A stretch of DNA of 64,000 bases from Halarcobacter sp. (GCA_048571215.1 CP182352.1:1248001-1312000), one strand, 5' to 3'; counted from the first letter of the stretch, positions 30,606 through 40,975 are shown. Translations and numbers: made by a program. The notes: generated from the letters alone by a model not told the origin.

Positions 30606-31106
30606 TTATTTTTCCTTTAATTTAAATGGTCCTATTTCATATAGAACCTCTTCTTCGTGTGAATTGTTAAAATCTTCTTTCTCAAAAAAACTTTTATTAA
30701 TTATCTTGGTTTTTAATTCTTCAGTTAGTTTTTCAAAAACTCTAATTGATGAATTATTACTAGGTGATACAGTTGTATTTATAAACTGTAAATCCAAATT
30801 CTCTTTTCTTTTTATAATATTCATTAAAAGTCTTTTAGCAAGATTATTACCTCTGTATCTTTCATCAACGGCTACTTGCCAAATAAATAGTGTATTTGGT
30901 TTTTGTGGTAATCTATATCCTGAAACAAAACCAATTATCTCATCGCCACTTTGTGCGACTGAGCAGGTATTTTCAAAATGGGTTGATTGTAGTAGATACA
31001 AATACTCTGAGTTTAAATCTAAAACTTTACTATTTTCAACAAGTTTGTAAATTTTTTTACCATCATCCTTCTTAGGATTACGTATTAAAATATCAATTTT
31101 TGACAA
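30606..31106 (-). CDS. ectA: Diaminobutyrate acetyltransferase
   Basis: LDLNSEYLYLL, LFIWQVAV, TTVSPSN. Confidence 0.95.
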   Translation of the reverse strand: MSKIDILIRNPKKDDGKKIYKLVENSKVLDLNSEYLYLLQSTHFENTCSVAQSGDEIIGFVSGYRLPQKPNTLFIWQVAVDERYRGNNLAKRLLMNIIKRKENLDLQFINTTVSPSNNSSIRVFEKLTEELKTKIINKSFFEKEDFNNSHEEEVLYEIGPFKLKEK

Positions 31107-31131
31107 CTTGATGCTCCTTTTCTTTATTTAT

Positions 31132-31194
31132 TATGTAATGTATTTACATATAATATGTTAATTTATTACATAAAAGATGTAATAATATAACATA
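31132..31194. promoter_or_regulatory. Palindromic operator region between ectA and the MerR/HspR-like gene
   Basis: TATGTAA-N5-TTACATA (31132-31150) and TATGTTA-AT-TTATTACAT-N5-ATGTAATAA-TA-TAACATA (31154-31194). Confidence 0.55.
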
Positions 31195-31289
31195 GAAAAC
31201 TAATATAAAGCTTAAATAATATTAGTAATTAAAGAAAAGTTATGTAAAAATGAGTATAATTACAACACAATTACAAAAAAAGGAATAAT

Positions 31290-31628
31290 TTGGCACTTTT
31301 AGATAATAATAAAGATGTTTTACCTCTTAGCAGTATTGCAGAATTACTAACAGCAAAGGTAAGAACTTTAAAAATGTATGAAGATAAAGGTTTATTGCCA
31401 TATAAAAAAGAAGCAAAAAAACTATACTCAATAAATGATGTAAAAGTAATCTCATTTGTTCACTATTTAGCAAGTGTAAAAAAAATAAATGCTGTAGGAA
31501 TCAAATATATAATAGAGATGTTAGAAAATAATATGGATGAAAAAAATAAAAGTGAATTTTTGGATTTAGTTGAATCAAAAATGGAAAAACTTTCAGGAAT
31601 CGATGTAAAAGATGTGGAGATAATTTAG
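31290..31628 (+). CDS. MerR-family HTH regulator (HspR-like)
   Basis: S.IAELL....RTLKMYEDKGLL...LYS..D...IN..GI..I pattern. Confidence 0.75.
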   Translation: MALLDNNKDVLPLSSIAELLTAKVRTLKMYEDKGLLPYKKEAKKLYSINDVKVISFVHYLASVKKINAVGIKYIIEMLENNMDEKNKSEFLDLVESKMEKLSGIDVKDVEII

Positions 31629-32251
31629 TGAAACTTCTTATGTTTGATATGGATGGTACCCTTATAAATAGTGGGACATCTATAAGCAATACAATAAATC
31701 ATGTAAGAGAGAACCTAGGTTTTGAGAAATTAGAAAAAAACTATATATTAGAAAAAGTTAATGACCCAAATATAAACGCTTCACAATTTTTTTATGGTAC
31801 AGCAGATTTCACAAAAGAACAAAAAATCCTTTTTGAGGAACATTACAATAATAGTTGTCTAAATAATTTAGAGCTTTATGATGGGGTTGAAAAACTAATA
31901 GATGATTTAAAATCAGATTTTATATTGACCGTTGCAACCAATGCTAATTCATATTTTGCAAAAAAAATGTTAGACCATTTAGGTATTGGGAAACATTTTA
32001 AAACAATATTAGGTTATGATAGTGTTAAAAATGCTAAACCTCACCCTGAAATGGTTTATAAAATATTAGATATTCACAATATAAAAAACACAAATGCTCA
32101 ATTTATTGGAGATTCACACAAAGATATAATGGCTGCAAAAAATGCAGAAGTTGATTGGGTACTTGTAAACTGGGGATTTTCAAACCATGATGAACATGCA
32201 ATTGAAGATATCAAAGAATTAGAGAAAAAGATATTTGATAAATTTAAATAA
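31628..32251 (+). CDS. HAD-family hydrolase (phosphoglycolate phosphatase-like)
   Basis: FDMDGTL, ATN, KPHPE, IGDS..D. Confidence 0.9.
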   Translation: MKLLMFDMDGTLINSGTSISNTINHVRENLGFEKLEKNYILEKVNDPNINASQFFYGTADFTKEQKILFEEHYNNSCLNNLELYDGVEKLIDDLKSDFILTVATNANSYFAKKMLDHLGIGKHFKTILGYDSVKNAKPHPEMVYKILDIHNIKNTNAQFIGDSHKDIMAAKNAEVDWVLVNWGFSNHDEHAIEDIKELEKKIFDKFK

Positions 32252-32409
32252 TGTTTGAAAAATTTAAAAAACTATTTAAAAAAGAGCAAACTTTTGAATG
32301 TATAGTTTGGGATGGTAAAACTATGAGTTATCCCCATCTTACTCAAAAACAAATAGATGAGATAAATAGTTTAGAAAAATATAAAAACTGGAAGGTTATT
32401 TTAAAATAA
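32251..32409 (+). CDS. 52-aa hypothetical protein (below ORF-track cutoff)
   Basis: MFEKFKKLFKKEQTFECIVWDGKTMSYPHLTQKQIDEINSLEKYKNWKVILK; TAATG coupling to the HAD gene; fills the gap to tonB exactly. Confidence 0.6.
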   Translation: MFEKFKKLFKKEQTFECIVWDGKTMSYPHLTQKQIDEINSLEKYKNWKVILK

Positions 32410-33135
32410 CTATACAAGTTTATAAGAGATTGGAACTTTTATTTTTATTGTTTTATTAACTTTAGGAAAATCTTTTGAGGCATTTATTATAGCTTTGATT
32501 GAAGATTTGATTAGAAACCTATGTCCATCTATAGCTTTAATATTGATAACTTCACCTGTATTTAAAAGTTTAAATTCAACAATAACTTCACCTTGAATAT
32601 TTAATCTTTTTGCTCTTTTGGGGTATTTGATATTTTGTTGAATTAGTTTTACTATCTCTTTTAAATGTTTTTCTAAATACTCTTTAGAATAATTTCTTAC
32701 TACTTTTTTTTCTATAATCTCTTTTTCTTGTGTTGAATTTTCTTTTTCAACTAATCTTTCATCTATTTTTGTTTTTTCTTCAATCTTTTCTTCTACAACT
32801 TTTTCGGGAATTTTTTTAGGTTTTAAAACTTTTTTTATTTTATCTTTTTTGACTAATTTTTTTACCTTTTTTGGTTTTTCTTTTATCTGTTTTTTTACAA
32901 TTTTTTTCTCAATTTTTTTCTTTATTATCTTTTTTGTTTCAACTTTTTTCTCTTTTTGATTTTTTACTTTTTTCTCTTGGGGTACTATATATACTTGATT
33001 TAGTGAGATTAGTTTTTTATTATCTTCTACTTTTACTTTTTTTATAGAATCTAAGTTTAGTATAATAGTTACAAAAATTATACTATATAATACAAGTGTT
33101 AAGCTAAAGGACTTAAGGTATCTTTTTTTAGTCAT
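32410..33135 (-). CDS. tonB: Energy transducer TonB
   Basis: N-terminal TM, Lys/Glu-rich linker, YPKRAKRLNIQGEV. Confidence 0.9.
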   Translation of the reverse strand: MTKKRYLKSFSLTLVLYSIIFVTIILNLDSIKKVKVEDNKKLISLNQVYIVPQEKKVKNQKEKKVETKKIIKKKIEKKIVKKQIKEKPKKVKKLVKKDKIKKVLKPKKIPEKVVEEKIEEKTKIDERLVEKENSTQEKEIIEKKVVRNYSKEYLEKHLKEIVKLIQQNIKYPKRAKRLNIQGEVIVEFKLLNTGEVINIKAIDGHRFLIKSSIKAIINASKDFPKVNKTIKIKVPISYKLV

Positions 33136-33512
33136 TGTTTTTTAGTTATGATTGATATATTGTTAAAATCGTTTGATTTTAAAACATCTAATACTTTTAC
33201 AAATATTTCAAAATCAGCCTCTTTATCACTTTTTATAAAAACATGGGAATTTTTGTCAAAATTTTCAAATTTTGCAATTAGTTCATCTGTTGATATGTTT
33301 ATACCCTCATAATATATAGTATTGTCTTTTTTTATAACAATAGTATGATCTTTTAACTCTTTCAATTTAGTTGAACTTTCTGCTTTAGCCAATGATATAG
33401 GTATCTCTCCCTTTGTTATAAAAGTTGTAGTTAATAAAACTATTGCTAAAAGTACAAGTAATACATCAATAAATGGTATTACATTTATAGAGTTAAATTT
33501 CTGTAGCTTCAT
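33132..33512 (-). CDS. exbD: ExbD
   Basis: INVIPFIDVLLVLL; SDK. Confidence 0.93.
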   Translation of the reverse strand: MKLQKFNSINVIPFIDVLLVLLAIVLLTTTFITKGEIPISLAKAESSTKLKELKDHTIVIKKDNTIYYEGINISTDELIAKFENFDKNSHVFIKSDKEADFEIFVKVLDVLKSNDFNNISIITKKQ

Positions 33513-33921
33513 CGTACTTACTCTCTATTACTTCTATAAATCTAGCTAAGACATTATAAAAAATTTGAGATAGTATAGCCACAACAAGACCTGCAGCTGT
33601 TGCTTTTAAGGCTAAAGCTAGAGAAGCCATGATTTTTGTTGCAACTATATCATTACTACTCATTGTCATAAAAGTTAACATAATTGCTAAAACAGTACCT
33701 AGTAAGCCAATATAAGGTGCATTTGAAGCAATGGTACCTATAATAGATAGATGTTTTGTTAAGCTTATCTCCAATGATTTTTTACTTTTATAAGAATCAA
33801 TTTGAATAGTTTTTAAAAATATCAATCTTTCAATAAAAAACCAAACAGATATAAAACTCATAAAAATCAAAAGAGCAATTACTCCATAGTCAACAATTGT
33901 TTTTAATAACTCAATATCCAT
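33493..33921 (-). CDS. exbB: ExbB
   Basis: IASNAPYIGLLGTV, ALKATAAGLVVAI. Confidence 0.93.
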   Translation of the reverse strand: MDIELLKTIVDYGVIALLIFMSFISVWFFIERLIFLKTIQIDSYKSKKSLEISLTKHLSIIGTIASNAPYIGLLGTVLAIMLTFMTMSSNDIVATKIMASLALALKATAAGLVVAILSQIFYNVLARFIEVIESKYDEATEI

Positions 33922-35342
33922 TAGTTTCCTTTTTTAATCATTTGTGTATGATTATGCCCTCGTTTTTGCATTCCATACTCTTTAAATACATATATTTTAT
34001 AAAGATTTAATCCCAAGTAGAAAAATATAAGTATCGAAGCAAAGAAAAATCCTAATATTTTTTTCATTTTGCTACTATTTATCAGTTTTATTCGACCATA
34101 CATAATAATTAAAGCCCAAATAATCCCCACATAATTAAATAAAGAAAATATATGAACCCATGCATCTCTTCTAGTTGCCAAAGGTTTTAGATATTCTATA
34201 TTTAGATTAAAGCCATATATAAATCCATTTACAGTATCACTTGCATAATGATAAAAGAAAAACTCCCAAAGATGTGATAATCCACCAATTATAAATAAAG
34301 GTGCAAAAGCAAACCCAAGAGAGTAAAAAGCTTTTTTAAATTCAATATCCATTATTTTTGAGGCTAAAAATATTCCACCAGAAGCTAATGCTAAAGTGAT
34401 TATTATTGCATAAGAAAAAGCAACTAGACCCACTGTATCAATTGATCCAAAGTTAATAAAATTCTCAAGGTATCTTGCAGTTTTAACCCAAAAGAACTCC
34501 TCCATAATAGCACTTCTACCTAAGGCATGATGAAAACTCATAGTTAAAGAAATTGCACCTGTAATTAGCAAAATAATCCAAACCTCTGATTTATAAGATT
34601 TAAACTTTTTAAATAAAGAAGAAGATGGTGTTTTTACTTTAAAACTAATTGCCTCACAAGAGTTTGCACAATCCATGCATAAAGTACAATCCTCCATAGA
34701 GTTTTTTTTATTAAAAGTAAAAGGCTTTAAGTTATATGAACATGCCTTTGCACAATCAAAAGTTTTACATTCTTTACAAGAATTATCATAAGAGCCTAAC
34801 CATGTAAAGCCAACCTTTGAAAATGCCTTTGTTAAAACACCTATTGGACATAAACTTTTACAATATTGCATATCTTTATATAAAAAGAAAAATACAATTG
34901 CATAATTAGTAAGGATTAAAAAGAACATTGCAGTTGCATATGGTGTTTTATATATATTTGGATACATATAATAAACTAACCACCATCCTAAAATTAGCAA
35001 TAATCCACCAATCATAGGGTTTTTTAGAAACTGTGGGGCAACTTTATTTAATCCAACTTTACTAATATATTTACCTAAAAATCCATGGGGACAAACTCCA
35101 CAAAAGATTTTTCCAAAAGAACCTAATGTTACAACCATAAAAAATGGCCAAAATAAACTCCAAAAAAGTGCAGTTGTAAAGATATTTTCATTTGTTTGAT
35201 TATAAAACCCTAAAAAGATTGCATAAAAAAACAAAAATAAAATACAGATTCTAAATAAAAGTAAAAATTTAGAATTTTTAAACAAAAATTTCAACACAGG
35301 TATTTTAAAAATATCATTATTGTCTCTTACAAAATTTACCAT
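33921..35342 (-). CDS. Membrane 4Fe-4S binding protein (polyferredoxin, NapH/YccM-like), copy 1
   Basis: FCGVCPHG, YCKSLCPIG, CKECKTFDCAKAC, CTLCMDCANSC; many TM helices. Confidence 0.85.
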   Translation of the reverse strand: MVNFVRDNNDIFKIPVLKFLFKNSKFLLLFRICILFLFFYAIFLGFYNQTNENIFTTALFWSLFWPFFMVVTLGSFGKIFCGVCPHGFLGKYISKVGLNKVAPQFLKNPMIGGLLLILGWWLVYYMYPNIYKTPYATAMFFLILTNYAIVFFFLYKDMQYCKSLCPIGVLTKAFSKVGFTWLGSYDNSCKECKTFDCAKACSYNLKPFTFNKKNSMEDCTLCMDCANSCEAISFKVKTPSSSLFKKFKSYKSEVWIILLITGAISLTMSFHHALGRSAIMEEFFWVKTARYLENFINFGSIDTVGLVAFSYAIIITLALASGGIFLASKIMDIEFKKAFYSLGFAFAPLFIIGGLSHLWEFFFYHYASDTVNGFIYGFNLNIEYLKPLATRRDAWVHIFSLFNYVGIIWALIIMYGRIKLINSSKMKKILGFFFASILIFFYLGLNLYKIYVFKEYGMQKRGHNHTQMIKKGN

Positions 35343-35350
35343 TTTTATTC

Positions 35351-37450
35351 CTAAAATTTATAGGCATATGTAAACATAAAACTTCTTGGACTTGCAGCCT
35401 TATATGTTTCATTTCCATATACATCTTTTGTTGCTTCCATAGCATAGTGTTTATCAAAAACATTGTTTACATTTAATTGTATTGAGTGATTGTTTTTTTC
35501 ATATCCCAACATTAAGTCTGTAACTAAGTTAAAACCTTCATATTTTTGTGTATTTGCATTATCCATATAATAACTTCCATAGGTTTTAGTTGTAACTCTT
35601 GATTTAAAACCATTTGGCATATTGTATGCTGCATATAGTGAATACTGGTTTTTAGGGATATAAGGTAGATAGTTTCCATCTCTTGACACTAAAGCTCCCA
35701 TAACTGATTCATTAAATTTTTTAAATTTAAAATTACTATAGGCATATGCAGCACCAACTTGTAAACTTTTATTAACATCATATGTAATATTAAACTCTAA
35801 ACCTTTTTTTCTTGTTTCTCCTGCATTGTCATATATAGAATTGCCATTTGCATCTTTTATTTGTATTATTTCATCTTCTACATTGTTTTGAAAAAGTGCT
35901 AAATCATAAGAGATGTTTTTGGCTCTTGTTTTTAGACCAATTTCATAATTATAACTATTTGATTTATCTAAAGAGGAGTTGTCTCCTAATTCACTTGTTG
36001 TTGGTGCTTGATTTGCATAAGCAATTGATGTATAAATATTTGTAAAATCACTTAGAGCATAAGTTGTACCAAATTTAAACGACATAAGTGTAAATGACTT
36101 ATCAATTGAGTATACACCAGCACCAGCAACATAGTTTTTAGTTTTATAGTCATATGTTGTTATCTCATTACCATTTAAATCGAAACTTAATTTATCTATT
36201 CTAGTACTTAAATCTATTGATAATTTTTTTGTTGGTTTAAAACTTTCCATTAAATATCCACCGTAAAGGGTGGTCTTAGTATCTTCTGTAGATGCTAATG
36301 CACCTATATTATTTGAAAGTGTTTTACTAATATATGGACTAAATGGCCAAGAAGTTGCCATTGCAGTTTGATAATCTTTATATTGATATTTTTTTGCATT
36401 ATTTGTACGATCTTGTTTTAGTGTAATTCCACCTACAAACATTGCATCATTTGAAAATAATTTATGAGATATATTAAACTCTAAATCAGAACCAAAGACT
36501 TTATTATCATCACTATCATTTATAAGTCCTGTTACAGGGTGAAAGTGTTCCCAACTATTAAAATAAATTCTTGGCTTTAATAATATATCCCCTATCTCTT
36601 TCTCATATTTTGAGTTGAAAGATAAAATTTTTGAATCTCTTGCACTATTTTGCCATTGGTATGAAGTATTATGCTGTTTTCCTGTATTTTTAAATATTTC
36701 AAACTCGGCTTTTGTCATTGATGTAGGTAGATTCATATTAGATTCAGTATATGCAAGTTCATTTTCTATACTTGAGTCATCATCAAAAATATGTCCATAT
36801 TTTAAACTAAGTTGTGTTGAATCAAAATCATTATTATCTCTCCAAGAGTTATCAATGGTTCTACTACTAAAAGTTAATGATGCAAAATTGTTATCATCTA
36901 AAGCTTTTCTAACTTTTAAATTAATATTTTTTTGTCCATCATCTCCTATACCAAGTTTTATTCTATTTTTTGATTCTTCAAATACTGATTTTGTAATAAG
37001 TTGAATTACACCACCTGTTGTATTTACAGCGTTTATAGAACCAGGTCCTTTTTGAACCTCAATACTCTTTACATCTTGCATATCTATATAGTCAAACCTA
37101 GTAAATGAATCAGGGTCAGTCATAGGCACCCCATCTTTCATTACCATTATTTCTCTTACACCATATCTAGCCTTTAACCCTGCACCTCTTATGATTAATC
37201 TTGGACTTGGTGTATTTGATGAAGATTGTGCTATAACTCCAGGAATATTTTCTATAGCTTGTTGAATATTTAAAATATTTTTATCATCTATTGTTTTTTC
37301 GTCTACTACAGCTATACTTTGACTGACTTCTTTTGTACTTTTTTGTATTTTTGTTGCTGTAACTGACATTTGATCTAATACAATAGTATCACTTGCATAA
37401 ATGTTAGTAGCCATTAATATTGCTGTAATAATAGATAATCTACTCTTCAT
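35351..37450 (-). CDS. TonB-dependent receptor
   Basis: Signal peptide; IRGAGLKARYGVREI..DGVPMTDPD, IEVQKGPGS; terminal YKF. Confidence 0.92.
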   Translation of the reverse strand: MKSRLSIITAILMATNIYASDTIVLDQMSVTATKIQKSTKEVSQSIAVVDEKTIDDKNILNIQQAIENIPGVIAQSSSNTPSPRLIIRGAGLKARYGVREIMVMKDGVPMTDPDSFTRFDYIDMQDVKSIEVQKGPGSINAVNTTGGVIQLITKSVFEESKNRIKLGIGDDGQKNINLKVRKALDDNNFASLTFSSRTIDNSWRDNNDFDSTQLSLKYGHIFDDDSSIENELAYTESNMNLPTSMTKAEFEIFKNTGKQHNTSYQWQNSARDSKILSFNSKYEKEIGDILLKPRIYFNSWEHFHPVTGLINDSDDNKVFGSDLEFNISHKLFSNDAMFVGGITLKQDRTNNAKKYQYKDYQTAMATSWPFSPYISKTLSNNIGALASTEDTKTTLYGGYLMESFKPTKKLSIDLSTRIDKLSFDLNGNEITTYDYKTKNYVAGAGVYSIDKSFTLMSFKFGTTYALSDFTNIYTSIAYANQAPTTSELGDNSSLDKSNSYNYEIGLKTRAKNISYDLALFQNNVEDEIIQIKDANGNSIYDNAGETRKKGLEFNITYDVNKSLQVGAAYAYSNFKFKKFNESVMGALVSRDGNYLPYIPKNQYSLYAAYNMPNGFKSRVTTKTYGSYYMDNANTQKYEGFNLVTDLMLGYEKNNHSIQLNVNNVFDKHYAMEATKDVYGNETYKAASPRSFMFTYAYKF

Positions 37451-37488
37451 TTAAATCCTTAAATTTTTATTAGGATTTTAAACTAAAA

Positions 37489-37530
37489 TTGTTAATTAAT
37501 AATTAATTATTTGTTAATTATTTGTTAAAT
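37489..37530. promoter_or_regulatory. Direct-repeat boxes (TTGTTAATT, 11-bp period) upstream of TonB receptor 1
   Basis: Copies at 37489, 37500 (degenerate), 37511 and 37522. Confidence 0.6.
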
Positions 37531-37593
37531 TAGATTTTTTAGATTTAAAATAAAAGTAAAACAATAACTCTAAAATTAATAATTATTAAAAAT

Positions 37594-39042
37594 TTAATGT
37601 TTATTTTCTATCTGTTTTTTCATAACAAGACTTTTATGCTTGTCATTTGTTTTTTTCATTACGCCATAGGTCTTAAATACATAACCTGTATAAAAGGTTA
37701 ATCCCATATAAAAAATTATTACTAGTGAAGCAAAAGGAAATGCAAGCACCTTTAAGTTAGTTTTACAATCCAGTAATTTTAGTCTTCCAATCATAATTAT
37801 AAAAGCCCAAATATAAGCTATATGATTAAAAATTTTAAATACAAGAACCCATTTATCAGCCCTTGAGGCAAGTGGTTTAATATATTCATAATTTAATGAA
37901 AAGGCTTGAATAAAACCATTAACAATATTTGATGCTGTGTGATAGAAAAAAAACTCTAAAATATGTCCTAATCCACCAATTATAAACAAAGGAGTCAATG
38001 CATACCCTAGTGTATAAAACACTTTCTCATAAGACAAATTCATGATTTTTGAGGCAATATACATCCCTATAACACTTAAAGCAATAACAAAAATAAAAGA
38101 GTATATTAGAACAAATAAATTGTCAATATTAATAGAAAATTCTATTGGGAATATCTCTTTAAAATATTTACTAGTTTTTGCCCAGATAAACTGATCTGCA
38201 ATTGCACTTCTTCCTAAAGCATGACTAAAAGTCATACCAAAAGATAAAATAGCCGTGATAAAAATCAGTGCCCAAACCTCTACTTTATTTATTTTAAATT
38301 TACTAAAAAGTGTAGATGAGGGTTTTTTTAAATTAAAGGCAATATTATCACATGATGAAGTGCAATCCATACATAAAGTACAATCTTCCATTGAACTCTT
38401 TTTATTGAAGGTAAATGGCTTTAAATTATAGCTACATGATTTTGCACAATCAAATGTTTTACATGTGGAACACCCCTCTTTATATGATTCTAATTTTGTA
38501 AAAGATATTTTTGAAAATACCTTTGTTATTGTTCCTATTGGACAAAAATTTTTACAATAGACCATCTCATCAAAGATAAAATATATCACAATTGCAAAAA
38601 GAGTTAATATTGTAAATAAAATTGCTGTACTTTTAGGCTCTCTAAAAATTCCAGGAAAGATAAATATTAGTAGCCAATAACTTAAGATCAATATTGTTAA
38701 ACCAATAAATGGATTAGCAAATTTTTTTGGTAAGCTCTTTTTTAGACCAAATTTAGTTATATATTTTCCAATAAAACCATGGGGACATATTCCACAAAAT
38801 ATCCTACCAAATGTAGAAAGTGTAACTACCATAAATAATGGCCAAAACAAGCTCCAAAATAAACTTGTAGTAAAAATATTATCTTTTTTGATTGGATACA
38901 AATATCCATATATTATTGCATAAATAAATAATGATAATATTATAGTCTTAAGTATTAAAATAAATTTTTGATTAGAAAAAATAAATTTTAATACAGGAAT
39001 TGACAAGATATCATTAGATGCTCTACTAATTATTTTTTTCAT
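37594..39042 (-). CDS. Membrane 4Fe-4S binding protein, copy 2 (paralog of 33921-35342)
   Basis: Same Cys motifs: FCGICPHG, YCKNFCPIG, CSTCKTFDCAKSC, CTLCMDCTSSC. Confidence 0.85.
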   Translation of the reverse strand: MKKIISRASNDILSIPVLKFIFSNQKFILILKTIILSLFIYAIIYGYLYPIKKDNIFTTSLFWSLFWPLFMVVTLSTFGRIFCGICPHGFIGKYITKFGLKKSLPKKFANPFIGLTILILSYWLLIFIFPGIFREPKSTAILFTILTLFAIVIYFIFDEMVYCKNFCPIGTITKVFSKISFTKLESYKEGCSTCKTFDCAKSCSYNLKPFTFNKKSSMEDCTLCMDCTSSCDNIAFNLKKPSSTLFSKFKINKVEVWALIFITAILSFGMTFSHALGRSAIADQFIWAKTSKYFKEIFPIEFSINIDNLFVLIYSFIFVIALSVIGMYIASKIMNLSYEKVFYTLGYALTPLFIIGGLGHILEFFFYHTASNIVNGFIQAFSLNYEYIKPLASRADKWVLVFKIFNHIAYIWAFIIMIGRLKLLDCKTNLKVLAFPFASLVIIFYMGLTFYTGYVFKTYGVMKKTNDKHKSLVMKKQIENKH

Positions 39043-39050
39043 CTATTAAC

Positions 39051-40937
39051 CTAAAATTTAAAACTCATACCAGTGTAAAAGTATCTTTCACCTGGGTCGT
39101 TTGGAGTACCTCTCGATGTCATATTATATGGCATTTTTTTATTTTGGATATTATCAACGCCAATAAAAAAATTTGTTTTATCATTGAAGTCATAATCTAT
39201 TTTTAAATCTGCAACTGTATAATTTGAATTTACATCCACTCTACTCTCATTTGTTCCATAATAATCATCCATTTTTCTGATATTTAAGTATATACCATAT
39301 TTATTAACTTCATATGCTAAATTTAATTTATAAGAGATTCTTGCACTACCGGTTAACCTTTTATTTGTTGATTCATCATTTGTATCTAAATATTCTATAC
39401 CTGATGTAATCATAAAGTTATCATTCATTTTATAGTTAACTGATAACTCAGTACCATTTATTTGTGCTTTATCAATATTTTTATAAGAGGTATATGATGT
39501 TAATCCTACAGTACTTACGGTATACGAGTTGATTAGATTTTCTAGATTTGATCTATGATGTACTAACTCAATTGCTAAATTATCTAAATTGTATGCAAGT
39601 GCAAACTCATATGTTTTTGATTCTTCTGGCTTTAAGTTTTTATTTCCTGATATATCATAAACAACAGGACCTGCTGATCTTATAAAATGACTATACATAT
39701 TAGTAAAACTTGGTGCTTTAAACGCCGTACCATAACTTGTTCTAAAACTAAAATTTGAATACTTATACATTAAAGATAGTTTTGGATTTACTGAACTACC
39801 AAAATCATTAAAATTGTCGTATCTTATACCCATATTACTTGTTAGTGAATCTGTAATATTATATTCATTTTGATAGAGTGCAAAAAAATTATCTCGTGAA
39901 GCACTTTGTGTATACATTGAAACTTTTATGTCGTCATTTTTATACCCTAAACCTATAATATTTATCATTTCATCTGTAGTAAAATGCCTTAAGTAGTTAT
40001 TAAATTCCAGTTGTTTATAATCAGTTTTTTCTTTACCACTTCCTCTATTTACCTCTGCATCACTATAACCGTAACCTAAACTAGTATCAAATATATAGTT
40101 TTTATCTACATGATTATAGTTTGATGAAAATTGATATCTATCCTCTTTTTCATAGGTTTTTGTATTGGCATAGTTTCTACCAAAATCATCTTGATTTGAG
40201 TACTCAAAGTTATTTGTTAACCTATTATTATCATCAATTTTGATTGTATGTCCATAGTTAATGAATTTTCTATTTTCATTTTTTAAATCTGTACTAACTT
40301 GAGATTTATCTTCTCTATAATCATCTTTTTTTCTTAATTCAATAGAATAGTTATGTATAATATTAGATATTGTTTTACTTCCGCTTAATTTAGTAATAGC
40401 AGTACCTCTTTGTCCATTTTCTGCAATTCCAGTTAATATAGTGAGTTTATTATAATCTTTAATATTGTCTTTTTTTGTAATAATATTTATAACACCAGCA
40501 ATTGCATCTGCCCCATAAATAGTAGACATAGGACCTCTAACTATCTCAATTCTTTCAATATCTTCTAATTGAATTGATGTTAAATCAGATGAACCATATT
40601 TACCTGTCCTTCTTAAACCATCTACTAAAATAAGTGTATGGGAACTGTTAAAACCTCTTATACTAACAGAAGATGTACTACCTCCATCTTTTACAGTTAC
40701 TCCTAATGCTTGATTAATCAATTGAGGAACACTTAAGGAATAACTTTTTTCTATAGTCTTTTTATCTATTACTTGAATACTTGCTTGTACATCTTCAATC
40801 TCTTGCTGATCCCCTAAAGATGTTGTAGATACTAATACTTTATCTAGGCTATATGTTTTTACATTATCTGCATACAATAGTGAGCTTGAATTTACTATTA
40901 GTAGTGCAGCAGTAATTATAGAATACTTTAAATTCAT
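39051..40937 (-). CDS. TonB-dependent receptor (CirA/BtuB-like plug)
   Basis: SIRG....HTLILVDG, IERIEIVRGPMSTIYGADAIAGVINIITKK; terminal FKF. Confidence 0.92.
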   Translation of the reverse strand: MNLKYSIITAALLIVNSSSLLYADNVKTYSLDKVLVSTTSLGDQQEIEDVQASIQVIDKKTIEKSYSLSVPQLINQALGVTVKDGGSTSSVSIRGFNSSHTLILVDGLRRTGKYGSSDLTSIQLEDIERIEIVRGPMSTIYGADAIAGVINIITKKDNIKDYNKLTILTGIAENGQRGTAITKLSGSKTISNIIHNYSIELRKKDDYREDKSQVSTDLKNENRKFINYGHTIKIDDNNRLTNNFEYSNQDDFGRNYANTKTYEKEDRYQFSSNYNHVDKNYIFDTSLGYGYSDAEVNRGSGKEKTDYKQLEFNNYLRHFTTDEMINIIGLGYKNDDIKVSMYTQSASRDNFFALYQNEYNITDSLTSNMGIRYDNFNDFGSSVNPKLSLMYKYSNFSFRTSYGTAFKAPSFTNMYSHFIRSAGPVVYDISGNKNLKPEESKTYEFALAYNLDNLAIELVHHRSNLENLINSYTVSTVGLTSYTSYKNIDKAQINGTELSVNYKMNDNFMITSGIEYLDTNDESTNKRLTGSARISYKLNLAYEVNKYGIYLNIRKMDDYYGTNESRVDVNSNYTVADLKIDYDFNDKTNFFIGVDNIQNKKMPYNMTSRGTPNDPGERYFYTGMSFKF

Positions 40938-40975
40938 TTATTTCCTTAAAATTTTTTTTGTATTCTAAATTAATT

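Noticed and set aside
32760..33050. Low-complexity T-rich stretch resembling tandem repeats or phase-variation tracts
   Set aside because: Encodes the normal Lys/Glu-rich TonB linker.
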